Shown here: positions 13,701 to 23,753 of the stretch, one piece after another
How the letters are laid out: every line of letters starts with the position of its first letter
Position numbering within the stretch: position 1 is the first letter of the stretch
Source of the DNA: Heteronotia binoei
Lineage: Eukaryota
Assembly: GCF_032191835.1 (NCBI RefSeq)
Contig: NC_083223.1
Location: forward strand, 229,524,001-229,588,000
Length of the DNA: 64,000 nt
Direction of reading: 5' to 3'
The notes under the pieces: generated by a model
Seen by the model: the letters and a program-made list of their open reading frames with translations, nothing else
Told to the model about the DNA's origin: nothing
Database searches by the model: none
Program-made: the position numbers and the translations under genes

Positions 13701-14198
13701 CGGTTTGGGGCCCCACGCCTCTCTCCACAGGTGCGAGGTGCACCGTCGGTCAATAAAGTCTATCGTGTGTTCCGCCCAATCTATCTTTGGCTGGTGCCGA
13801 GCTAGCCACCCCACTCCTAACACTATATCGAAGGAGCACGACGGGGCAATAACAAATGTTTTCAGGTCCCAATGGTCGATTATGCCCATCGGGATCTCCT
13901 GTGTCTGCTCCGTACAGGGTTTCCCCCTCATTCTAGTCCCGTCCATCTGTTCAAACTCTAGGGGCCGTGGTAGGAGCTCTGTTGTGAGCTCCAGCATTTC
14001 TACAAATCAGGGGGTTATAATCTCTCTGGTGCATCCCGAGTCGATGAGGGCTCGAGCGTGCACGAATCTCTTCAGTTTTACATTTAGCAAAGTCAAGGGG
14101 ACAAACATAAGTTCTCCAGAAATTCTCACCCGTAGTGGTGCCGCTTTCTCCGGTACCTGCCGCTGGGCACCCTCTAGTGCAGGTCGGTCCCGTTTCCC
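10722..14198 (-). pseudogene. Gypsy pol (protease, RT, RNase H, integrase, chromodomain), disrupted
   Basis: LIDSGCT (Asp codon at 14042). RT LRLCTDFRGIN...KLDLRDAY and VVVYLDDIII. RNase H QCDASD and TDHKNL. Integrase HHCC, VVDTFSK...SDRGPQF...GQSERVN, HPVFHCSL. Chromodomain HEVKEILDSR...QYLIRW...EWV. Several frameshifts and stops. Confidence 0.95.
14137..14198 (-). promoter_or_regulatory. -1 programmed ribosomal frameshift signal (G GGA AAC plus H-type pseudoknot) at the gag/pol overlap
   Basis: The heptamer at 14198-14192 is in the zinc-knuckle frame. The -1 frame is open for 52 codons to the protease Asp. Stems: ACCTGC/GCAGGT and GGTGCC/GGCACC. Confidence 0.8.
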
Positions 14199-15566
14199 GC
14201 CGGCTCCGGCTCCCAGGGATAAGCGGTGCTGCTGCGGCTGGATTCCTTCGGTTTCTTGAGTCCCCCCGTGGGACCCTTAGCGGCTGGGGTGGTAGGTCGG
14301 GCGCGCTCAGGGCAGTTGGCAGCTAAGTGGTTCGGGTCCCCACACTGGTAGCACTTGCGGGGCCTAGGGAAGGGTTTGGTGGTCCCCCCCCCCTGGGTGT
14401 CTTCTTAGCCTTTACCTTTGGGGTTGATCGGCTCTCTTGGCTGGGCTTGCCCTGGTGCCCCTGGCGTTGGATGGCCACCTCCTTCATGTTCGTTTTGACT
14501 TCCCCGGCTAGTTGGATCCACCCAACGAGGTCGGCCAGCCTCGCCTGCTGGAGGACCCAATCCAGGATCCCGGCGTTCAGCCCTTTCTTGAATGCCCTAA
14601 TCTTCATGGCCTCGCTCCAGCCTCGGATTTTTCGGCAGTGGTTGTGAAACTCCAGAGCGTACTCCCGGATCGACCTGCTCCCCTGCCGGATTTCGTCTAT
14701 CGCGGCGATGGCTCGGATCTCCCGCAGCGGGTCCTCAAATTGGGATAGGAGGGCCTGCAGGAAACCCGCAACCATGGCCACGGCTGGCCCACGGATCTCA
14801 TGGAGGCTCACGTACCACAGTTGGGCATCCCCCATCATCCTCAACCCCATGTAGGCCACTCGGCTGTGCTTGTCTGGGAAAGTGTTCCCCCAGTAGTGCA
14901 TGTAGCTGGTGGCTTGGAGGACGAAGTACTCCACTTTGTCAGGGGTGCCATCGAAGGTGATATCCAGCTCCTGGGTCTTCACTTTTGGGGCGGCTGGCCC
15001 AGCCGGGGCCGCGGCTGCCCCCGTGCCCCCCGGCTGCACCGGTTGCACGAGGATGGACAGTGGCAGCACAACAGTTGCTCCCGGGGCTCATGGCAGGGCC
15101 CGTTCGATTTGCTTCTGCACCTCTCGCAGCATCAGAGTAAAGTTTGCCTTCATTTCTTGCCTCAGGTCGCACCCCAGGATTTCCATCTCTCTCCGCAGGT
15201 CCTCGGTGGGGTCGCGCTTCGGGGAGGAGGCCCTCGAATCGCACCCATCCTCGCCCTCCGAATCGGGTTGGCGGTCCCCCAACAGCGTATGCTCTCGGGC
15301 TCCCCCCTCTCCAACCATGCCGCTCCGCCAATCCGGGCTCCCGCGGTCCTCCGTCTCTCCGGGGGTGTGGAGGAGGTTGGCGTGCCTCGCCGCTGCCTCG
15401 TCCATCAGGGTAGTAGAAGTCTGAGATTCCAGGAGGCCTTTGGGGTGATGAACAGCGCGTGGCTGCTCACTTTCTTCGCCTTCCGCTCTGTGATGTAGCA
15501 CGGCGGGGTCTCCGGCTTCTGGTTGAGTGTAAAAGGCTCTCGGTCGTCGAGGACTTCTTCAGCCAT
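14174..15566 (-). pseudogene. Gypsy gag (capsid plus CCHC zinc knuckle), disrupted
   Basis: Likely ATG at 15566. Capsid motif TFDGTPDKVEYF...AQLWY and zinc knuckle CYQCGDPNHLAANC from 14353. In-frame TGA at 15090-15088, frameshift at the G10 run 14393-14384, natural stop TAG at 14176-14174. Confidence 0.9.
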
Positions 15567-15607
15567 TCGCTAATAAGTAACTCACGTCCGATAAGCCCCT
15601 TGTGAGG

Positions 15608-15618
15608 ATTAGTATCAA
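15608..15618 (-). promoter_or_regulatory. Primer-binding site of the Gypsy element, self-priming (non-tRNA) type
   Basis: Minus TTGATACTAAT begins 2 nt after the 5' LTR. It is the exact reverse complement of minus ATTAGTATCAA inside the LTR (15735-15725) and lacks the TGG start of a tRNA 3'-end PBS. Confidence 0.8.
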
Positions 15619-15620
15619 AA

Positions 15621-16099
15621 TGTCAGCTTAGGGGCATTGGAGTTCCAAGAATGAATAGACTTATTTTAGTTTAAAAATAAGTTTCCATTTATTGATTACA
15701 ACAATGTTGCACAGCGCAGAGTCATTGATACTAATGATGAAAGGGGTTCAAGCATAAGCATTTATGGATACACATCAAAGCAAGGAGCCTTAAGTTGCTT
15801 CCCATAATAAAACCTGGGCTGTCTCGTTGACAGAGAGCATTTCTCTTATCTGTTATCTCCCCGGCATGGCCTGTCTCTCCTCCCCACTGTGGCCTTGCTA
15901 GGCCGGTCTGAGAACGAGTTAGATGTTTAACACTTCAAAGCTCTCTGGGAAGCTCTCTGGCACCTGGACTGTCTCTCCCAGCTATCCTTCACATTTCGTT
16001 ACAGTTTCAGGGTTAGTGAGGCGAGGTGCGAGGGTGTTAGTTAGCATTCAGATAAACATTTAGGGTAATAAAGACAAGCTTCAATGCACATAGCTGACA
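15621..16099 (-). repeat. Gypsy 5' LTR
   Basis: 8-bp terminal inverted repeat TGTCAGCT/AGCTGACA. On the minus strand, CATAAAT (TATA-like) near 15765-15759 and AATAAA at 15693-15688. Confidence 0.97.
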
Positions 16100-16727
16100 C
16101 TGAGTCTTATTGCCTATTAATTTCAAAAAAGAGATGCATCGTAGGTTGATATATAATAGCACAATGCTGTATTTTACTCCATATACTTGAATTGGCTCTA
16201 TCAAGGCTTTTTTTGTAGCAGGAACTCCTTTGCATATTAGGCCACACACCCTTGATGCAGCCAATCCTCCAAGAATTTACAGGCCTCTTAGTACAGGGCC
16301 TACTGTAAGCTCCAAAAGGATTGGCTACATTAGGGGTGTTTTGACGTAAGTTTTATAGCGGGGCAGACATTGTAGCTCCAAAGCAGTGTGCACACACGCC
16401 AGCAGAGGTTGGTACTATTTACAATTTTATTTACAATATATATATACATAGTCCTTATAGTCAGTCAGAGTTCTTACTGACAAACTGCTTTACCAGACAC
16501 CTGATACCACAATGGCATAGACTGGCAAGTACAGCACAGACTTATATACAGAGTTATGTGTCCTTTTACCCAATCAGTGCAGACATGCTGAGTCACTGAA
16601 GTACCACCTGCAGGCTGATGCAATATGTCCAGTCATGTGATCTTTACCTGTCAGATTGATCAACATGATCTGTCTGCAAGTTGCTATCTTGTTAAGGCAT
16701 TTCTACTTCACATTTCTACTTCTACTT

Positions 16728-19325
16728 CTACTTTATGCCCAGGATAAAACTTGTTATACACAACTTACTTTGGAGATATTCGAACTTTTCCACAGTTAAG
16801 CATTTTGTATATATATGTCAGCTACATTATGTTCTGATGCACAGTGCTGCAAAGAAACAAATCCTCGAGACACAGCAGTCCATACATTCTGGTAGCGAAT
16901 ATTGATGTGTTTACTCCTTATATGGATTCCCTGATTGTTTGCCAATTGTTGAGCTGCTAAACTGTCGCAATGTATAATTACAGGCAATTTACAGTTTACA
17001 TGCATATCTATAAGCAACTGATAACACCACTCTAATTGTACCAGGCAATCACTAAAAGCTGAATACTCTGCTTCACATGAGCTAGTAGACACACGTGTTT
17101 GTTTAATTGACTTCCATAACACTAAGGCTTCAAACATGTAGATGGCATAACCAGACGTTGATTTACCATCTACTCTTTCTCCCCAGCTGGCATCACAATA
17201 GGCTAATAGTGCTTGTTCCTTATCTGAACTCAGGACTAGCTTATTGCTAACAGTTCCTTTTAGATATCGAAGGATTCTTTTTGCTGCTACCCAATCTTTT
17301 CTGTATGGACAGGCACTCTTTTGACACAACCAATGAACAGCAATACATATGTCGGGACGTGTCCAGCATGCTATGTACAGCAATGAACCTACTAATGATT
17401 GATATACTGCCTTGTGGGGAAATACCTCATCATGTTTCCCTACAATAACCAGTAGTCATTGGTGTACATGCACTGTGTGCTTCTGACATTCCATACTTGT
17501 CCAGAAACAGCTTCAGCCCAAAATGATATAGGAAGATTTGCATCTGTCAACATTGAATGCATCATCGTTTGTAGGAACCCTTCCTTTTGTTCTGCTACAC
17601 CATTCTCTTGGGGAGAGGCTACATTGGCAACCCTGTGCTCTATCCCTTGGGAGTTTAGCCAGTGCGTTAATTCCCCTGACATATATTCTCCACCCATATC
17701 TGACTGGAACGCACAGATCTCATGTCCTAATTGCTTTTGTACATTCCTTGCCCACAGTTTCACTGTAGCACATACCTCAGATTTTCTCTGAAGAGGAAAC
17801 ACCCATGTAAACCGAGAAAAATCATCCACCAACACCAACGCAAAATGTCGATTAGAATGACTGTGAGGATATGGCCCCACAACATCAGAGTGTACTAGAG
17901 CTAAGGGCTTTTCTGTTACCCTTACACTCTGTTTTGGTACTGAGTGTGCTTTGGATTTGGATTGCTTACAAACATCACAATCCAAGAATGTTTTACACTC
18001 CTGTACTACCTCTTTGCCAATTAATGCCAGAGTTTTGTTAATGGTGCTAAAACTAGCATGACCTAGATGTCTATGCAACAAATGAATGCAATCGTCATGG
18101 GGACTCTTATTGGTAACATACTGTGCCTTACCAAACCCGTTATCCATTACATACACATTGTTCTTGAGCGTTCCTACAGCAAGGACTCTTTCACCTTTGA
18201 GAATGTTACAGCATTTGTTTTTAAACACAACACTGAAACCAGCCTTGCCCAAGGCACAGATACTCAACAGGTTGTTTTCAAGGGATGGGACACAGAGCAC
18301 ATTGTAAAATACATGGTCCAAAGCTGGAAAACATGTGCTGCCTTGACACACTACGGCAGCAGAGCGTCCATCAGCCAGACTCACGTGTTCCAATGTAGAA
18401 GGATGAATATCCTGCAGAAGATTCTTGTCCTGGGCAAAATCCTGAGATGCACCCGAGTCAATAATCCAAACCTCCAGAGACAGTATATTTGCCATAACTA
18501 ACGTGGCTTGTAGCTTCTGCACAAAACAAGGCTTCCTTTCACCCCCATGTTTCAGTGTAGCCGTACATTCCCTTTTGAGATGATTTGTAGCTCCACAAAT
18601 AAAACAGCACCGCACTCTCAAAGCAACAGGCTCCTGAAGTTTCTTGCAGCTATCCATGTTGTCTTTGGCACGAAAACAGCTGTCGGCTCCTCTCCTCCTT
18701 TCTGGCTTGGCACGGTTCCTGGTCTTGTCAGCAACTACATCTCTCTGAAGCTGACGAGATTCCTCGTCCAGAAGACGGCCAGAAACATAACTTAAAGTGA
18801 ATTTTGTAGGTTCCATCGATTCCAGCGCAGTGGTAAGTGGGTCAAAATGCTTAAGATAATACAAACTTGATCATCTTCAGGCATCTGCTTCCCTCTCTGC
18901 ACAAGAAGCTGGAAATTGGTAGCCAAGGAATTTAGATGAGACTGAACTGACTGGCCTGCCTGCATAACCATCCTATACAGCCGCCTTGTTAAAGATACGA
19001 GAGAGCCAGCTGTCTGCTGAACATACACAGCCTTGAGGATATCCCATGCCACCTTAGCTGTAACTTTGTGTGCAACATGCACAAGCTGATCGTCAGCAAC
19101 ACTAAGTATGATTGTTGCCAAAGCCTTTTGGTCCTTGACGGTATCTTCAGCTGTTAGGCCTTGTGGAGGAAACGCAACATACTCCCACAAAGCCTTCTGC
19201 TTTAGATAACGTTCCATTTGGAGTGACCAAACCGTATAGGTGTCTGAAGTCAGCTTCTCCACATGCAAAGCCGTTGCCGCTTGGGCCATGGTTATCTCAC
19301 CAACAGGCACGCTCTGGTCACTCAT
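16728..19325 (-). pseudogene. Copia gag-pol, frameshifted and deleted
   Basis: Gag KLTSDTYTVWSLQM...AKVAWDILKAVY; knuckle CFICGATNHLKREC; protease WIIDSGAS; integrase LHRHLGH...CDVC, LVHSDVVGP, VDDFSRF, SDMGGEY, ENGVAE; RT tail TRPDI; RNase H YCDASW, SSCEAEY, SKHINIRY. No YVDD motif. Confidence 0.93.
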
Positions 19326-19454
19326 GGCCTCCTCCTCTGACTCTTCACAGTCGATTGCAGCACTGGCGGAAGACAGGTCACTGTCTGTTTTCACTGGCAG
19401 CAAAACATCCACCTCCGGACCTCTAGTAGAACCTCCACAGCTCAGTGCAGAGTT

Positions 19455-19469
19455 CTGGGCCCATAATCC
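19455..19469 (-). promoter_or_regulatory. Copia primer-binding site complementary to the internal (anticodon) region of tRNA-iMet
   Basis: Minus GGATTATGGGCCCAG abuts the 5' LTR. The canonical copia PBS is GGTTATGGGCCCAG, so this is a 12-nt perfect match plus a 1-nt insertion. Confidence 0.85.
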
Positions 19470-20257
19470 TGACGGAAGTTTTATAGCAGGGTAGACATTG
19501 TAGCTCCAAAGCAATGTGCACACACAGCAGCATAGGTTGGTACTATTTACAATTTTATTTACAATGTATGTACATAGTCCTTATAGTCAGTCAGAGTTCT
19601 TACTGACAAACTGCTTTGCCAAACACCTGTTACCACAATGGCATACACTGGCAAGTATAGCACAGACTTATATACAGAGTTATGTGTTCTTTTGCCCAAT
19701 CAGTACAGACATGCTGAATCACTGAAGCACCACCTGCAGGCTGATGCAATTTGTCAGTCATGTGATCTTTACCTGTCAGATAGATCAACATGATCTGTCT
19801 ACAAGTTGCTATCTTGTTTAGGCATTTCTACTTCATATGCTGGCATGTTTAGCCTAATATGCAAAGGAGTACCTGCTACAAAAAAAGCCCCAGGCTCCAT
19901 TGATTTAGGGCAATCATGATTTTTCTTCTTCTTTAAGTGCAAAACACCTCTGAGTTCTAAGGATGGTATGCTCCCTTCTGCTTTCCTTCATGTGTGACAT
20001 GGATACTGAAGGTTTCTGGATTCCCCAAATCACAATTTATTGTGATGTCCAGATCAGATAGAACAACAAACTGTGGGCTGTTCTCTCATTTCCAAATGAG
20101 GATTCTGAATTAAGGATAAACCATGACTGGAACCTTAGGATTGTAGACAATTAGTTTTCAGCAGGAAGTGCTGGTGAATTGTCTCATTACCTTTTCACCA
20201 GCAGTCCCCTTTGTCCACTTTTCATATTCTTCCTGAGGTATCAAGATCTGTCAGGAC

Positions 20258-20609
20258 AAGGAGTGGCCAAAACTGTGACTCAGGAGCCACACGTGGCTCT
20301 TTGACATATATTGTGTGGCTCTTGAACTCCCCACCGCCCTGCTGGCCTGCTTGGAGTAGGAATTTCTCTCTTAAAAAAACTACTCCAAGCCTAGCCAGTT
20401 GGTGCCTTGGAGAATGCATTTAAAGTTGCCTTTTTCTACCTCTCCTTCCCTCCCCAGTTTATCTGCCTGCCTGCCTATCTTGCAGCTCTCCAACATCTGA
20501 TGTTCATATCTTTCAGCTCTCAAACATCTGACATTCACGTCTTGCGGCTCTTAAACATCTGACACTTATTCTATGTGGCTCTTACATTAAGCAAGTTTGG
20601 CTACCCCTG
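20258..20609. mobile_element. hAT-Charlie-type MITE
   Basis: TIR (C)AGG.GTGGCCAAA / TTTGGCTACCCCTG; 8-bp flanks GTCAGGAC/GTCTGGAC resembling the Charlie target GTCTAGAC. Confidence 0.75.
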
Positions 20610-20853
20610 GTCTGGACCAATAGGCACATTGAGGACTGCAGTGAGGAGAGAGAAGGTTGCAAAATTGTTGCTTCCTCCCTCTTCTGTGCTCTGCTGACAG
20701 AAAAGGGTTGGTGGAGCACTTCTGACCCCTTCTCACTGCACACCTCAGCCTCTACAATTTGTCATCTACATGGCTCGTGCAACTACAATAACAATATTTC
20801 CAGTGATCATAAAGGACTGTTGTGGGGAGCAGAATGCAACACCCACCAGAAGA

Positions 20854-21245
20854 GGGGCTATGGTTCAGTGGAAGAACTTCTGCTTCTCATGCAAAAGGTC
20901 CCAGGTTCAAACCCTAGCATTTCTAGTTAATAGATCTAGGCAGTATGTGATGTGAAAAACACCTTCCAGAGACCCCAGAGAGATATTGCCAGTTTGTGTA
21001 GGCAGTACTGACCTTGATGGACTAATGGTGTAATTCAGTATAAGACAGATTTATGTGTCTTTTTCTTTTGCGAGCAGCTATGGCTCAGTGGTAGAACATG
21101 GAGAGGGCCCAAGGGTTAATTCCCAGTATCTCCAACTAAAAAGATCAGATGTTAGGTGATGTGATGGCCTGAGGTTCTAGAGAGTTGCTGTCAGTCTGAG
21201 AAGACAACACTGATCTTGATTGACCAAAGGCAGCTCCATATGTAC
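20854..21245 (+). mobile_element. Two adjacent decayed tRNA-headed SINEs (Squam2-like); another copy near 46645-46835
   Basis: Heads GGGGCTATGGTTCAGTGG...GGTTCAAACCC and GCTATGGCTCAGTGGTAGA; shared body ...ACTGACCTTGATGGAC. Confidence 0.7.
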
Positions 21246-23753
21246 TTTCTGCTCAGCAGTGGATACAAGTCTTTTTTTTTCTTTCAATAGAACAAATGAC
21301 AGCTTGTTGTTTCCTCCAATTTGGACATCAGAACAAACGGTGGTTTCTTAGGAACCTATAAATATTTCATATTGGGAAGATAGAAAACTCGAGCCCTAGG
21401 ACTGCTGTTGGTTCATTCTCATAATGAATAGACAATGGTTTTATATCTGAAAGTGTCTATTGTGACTCTAAATCTTGCTGGAATTTTCTAGTTTCTAAGG
21501 ACCACAGGTCACATGGAAATTAGGCCAGTATACAAAAGTCCTGCCAGGTAATAATATAATTCTTTCAGATTAATAGAATCAAACATGCCTCAGTTTTAAT
21601 CAAATTTATTCGAGGAAAAGCAAATATGGTTACTTAGAAACAGAGCCCAGAATAACATTTTCCTTATATGAGAGACCTTGATCAATTTTCGTAATTAAAT
21701 GGTTTCTGAATAGTAGGTTGTACCAAACATAAATATAGTTCCCATTTAATTCCTTATTGGGTGCAAGATACGTCAAGTCAGAGGTGGAGAAATAAGTCAA
21801 AGTCAATGAATGACATGAAAGAGAGTGCAAAGATATAAAGGCACTGCATTTCTCTGAATGCTTCCATTGGGAACATTAAAACAAGAGAGAGAGGTGGCGA
21901 CTCCATGGGCATAGTGGATATGGAGAAAGGTGAAGTTTTATGTGCAGACTGCTTGAATAACTTGCCCTTCTGCTAGCTGAGACTAAGGGAAATGCAGAGA
22001 GATCTGTCAAGGAAGTATCCTTTTACCAAAAGCCTGGAAAATACTTCCAGCACATGGCACATACTTCCAGGTCTGATCTGGTCACTTATTCAAGTTGCCT
22101 CCTTCTCCTGCGGTTCTACAGACATCATTTGCTACACTGGCACAGTCTGCAATTCCAAAGGCAGACTTATCTATCCAAAATAGAGGATTTCATTGCAAAC
22201 AGTGGTGTGCATGAACCCCTTCTAAAGATTGTATCATAGCCAGCGGGTTACATCTAAACTGCCTTTTGCCAAATAGAAGGTACTTCTGATTACAGAAGGG
22301 GAAGAGGCATGCTATCTACATGAATTTATCCCATGAGCTGCTGCCCCAAGCACTTTCCCCCAAGGTTACATGAACCCTCTGCATCTTTTCCGATGGAGAT
22401 CAGAAAGATCCATTTCACAAAAACTAGCAGTTCTGTTCAGATCCAACACAGTTTACTTTGATGCAATTTTATGTTGGGATGGGAGGAATACAGATTTCAG
22501 CTACGGCCTTTAACAATTTCTTTTCTTACATCCCACAGCCAGCTGAAGCAGAACAAGGCTTTTCACTATGCTTATAAACACTAGGGGTAAACCCTGCTTG
22601 TCTCTGAGAGTAATGATCTCTGGAAATAACGGGGGTCAGTCTGAATAGGTCACAGTGCAATACCAACTTAAGTTCCCTATTAATTTCCAAACTTAAAAAG
22701 ACAGAAATAAAGGTTTGGGTCTAAAGGCCTAAGTCTAATAACAAGCAAAAAGTCAGAGTTACCTTTGAGATGCTGATGCTAATTTTCTGGCCACAAATAA
22801 ATGTGTGTTTGGGAATCGTTCGTTCTTCTCTCCCTCTGTTAATTATTAACTCCCATTAGAGACATTTGTGCCTTTGTACAGCACAATATAAAAAGCAATC
22901 CACAAATGGCTTGTAACACTTTGTTGGATGATTTTGTGACTGCTTCACTGTCTTCTTTATTCTTCATTTTTAAAGAATTAGTGCCACTGTTGTCCTCTTC
23001 AACATGTTCAATAAAGGATGCTTTATGCAGATGTGATAATTTGCAAACTGCTTACATTTACTCATTGGTTACTTCCTGCATTAACAATGAAATGTTTGTA
23101 ATGAGATCTACACACTGAGATGCACACGCTGGGGGTGTGCACAAAAAAATAAGGACTTTTCTTATTTGGGTATAGTGGACCTGAAAAATATTGGTATCCC
23201 CAATATTCCCAAATTCCAATACTGGTATCATATTTGGATTTGGTAGTTTTGAGGGGAATCCTGAATTTTTGAGCTCCATTATACCCTATGGGGACCAAAG
23301 AAGACAACTTGGTTTTATACCCCACCCTTCACTACCTGAGAGAGTCTCAGAAAGGCTTACAATCACCTTCCATTCCTCTCCCCACAACAGACACCCCGTG
23401 AAATAGGTGGGACTCAGAGAGCTCTGTGAGAGGGAATAAATCAGGGGGTATCTGGTGGTTGGGGGGCTGTATTTTGAGGTAGAGGTACCAAATCTGTGGC
23501 ATAGCTGCTGGTGCCTCTCCTTAGAACCCACATATTTCAAAATTATTTGGACCTGGGGGTCAATTTTTTGGGCCCCCAAAGGAGGTACCCTCTTCCTCCA
23601 TGGTTTCCAATGGGAGAAACTGATGAAAAAAAAGCAGGGGCAAAATAAAAACTCTGCAGTTGAAACTGAAGATGGCAGGAGGGATTTTTGCAATGTATAG
23701 AATGCCCAGCAAACCCAGTGCCACTGTGGCAATGCCAGTTCAATGAATCCAAG

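Larger units (their letters stand above)
10230..16099 (-). mobile_element. Full-length but mutated Ty3/Gypsy LTR retrotransposon of the Tf1/sushi (chromovirus) type
   Basis: Two 479-bp LTRs and a 5-bp TSD CTGAG (10225-10229, 16100-16104). Domain order gag-PR-RT-RNaseH-IN-chromodomain on the minus strand. PPT is present; no env. Confidence 0.97.
16342..19845 (-). mobile_element. Ty1/Copia LTR retrotransposon, internally deleted (RT core missing)
   Basis: LTRs of about 370 bp at 16342-~16710 and 19470-19845, roughly 6-7% diverged by manual count. TG...CA ends and 5-bp TSD TGTTT (16337-16341, 19846-19850). Domain order gag-PR-IN-(RT)-RNaseH. Confidence 0.95.
16202..19892. mobile_element. Palindromic hAT-type MITE split by the Copia insertion (arms 16202-16341 and 19846-19892)
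   Basis: TIR-like ends CA(G)GGCTTTTTTTGTAGCAGG...CTGCTACAAAAAAAGCCC and 8-bp flanks GGCTCTAT/GGCTCCAT. The rejoined empty site restores the palindrome at the exact length. Confidence 0.85.

Noticed and set aside
13528-15498. Long plus-strand ORFs (243, 232 and 171 aa) inside the Gypsy element
   Set aside because: Antisense shadows of GC-rich gag/pol with no recognisable domain.
10230-16099. Endogenous retrovirus, or plus-strand orientation suggested by the AATAAA near the right end of each LTR
   Set aside because: There is no env, pol ends at the PPT, and a chromodomain is present. ORFs, PPT and PBS all define minus orientation.
19326-19523. N-terminal extension of the Copia gag ORF through the PBS and LTR
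   Set aside because: It begins at a non-ATG codon inside the LTR and is best read as a chance open frame.
20854-21245. tRNA genes
   Set aside because: Only A/B-box-like heads followed by SINE bodies; no complete cloverleaf.
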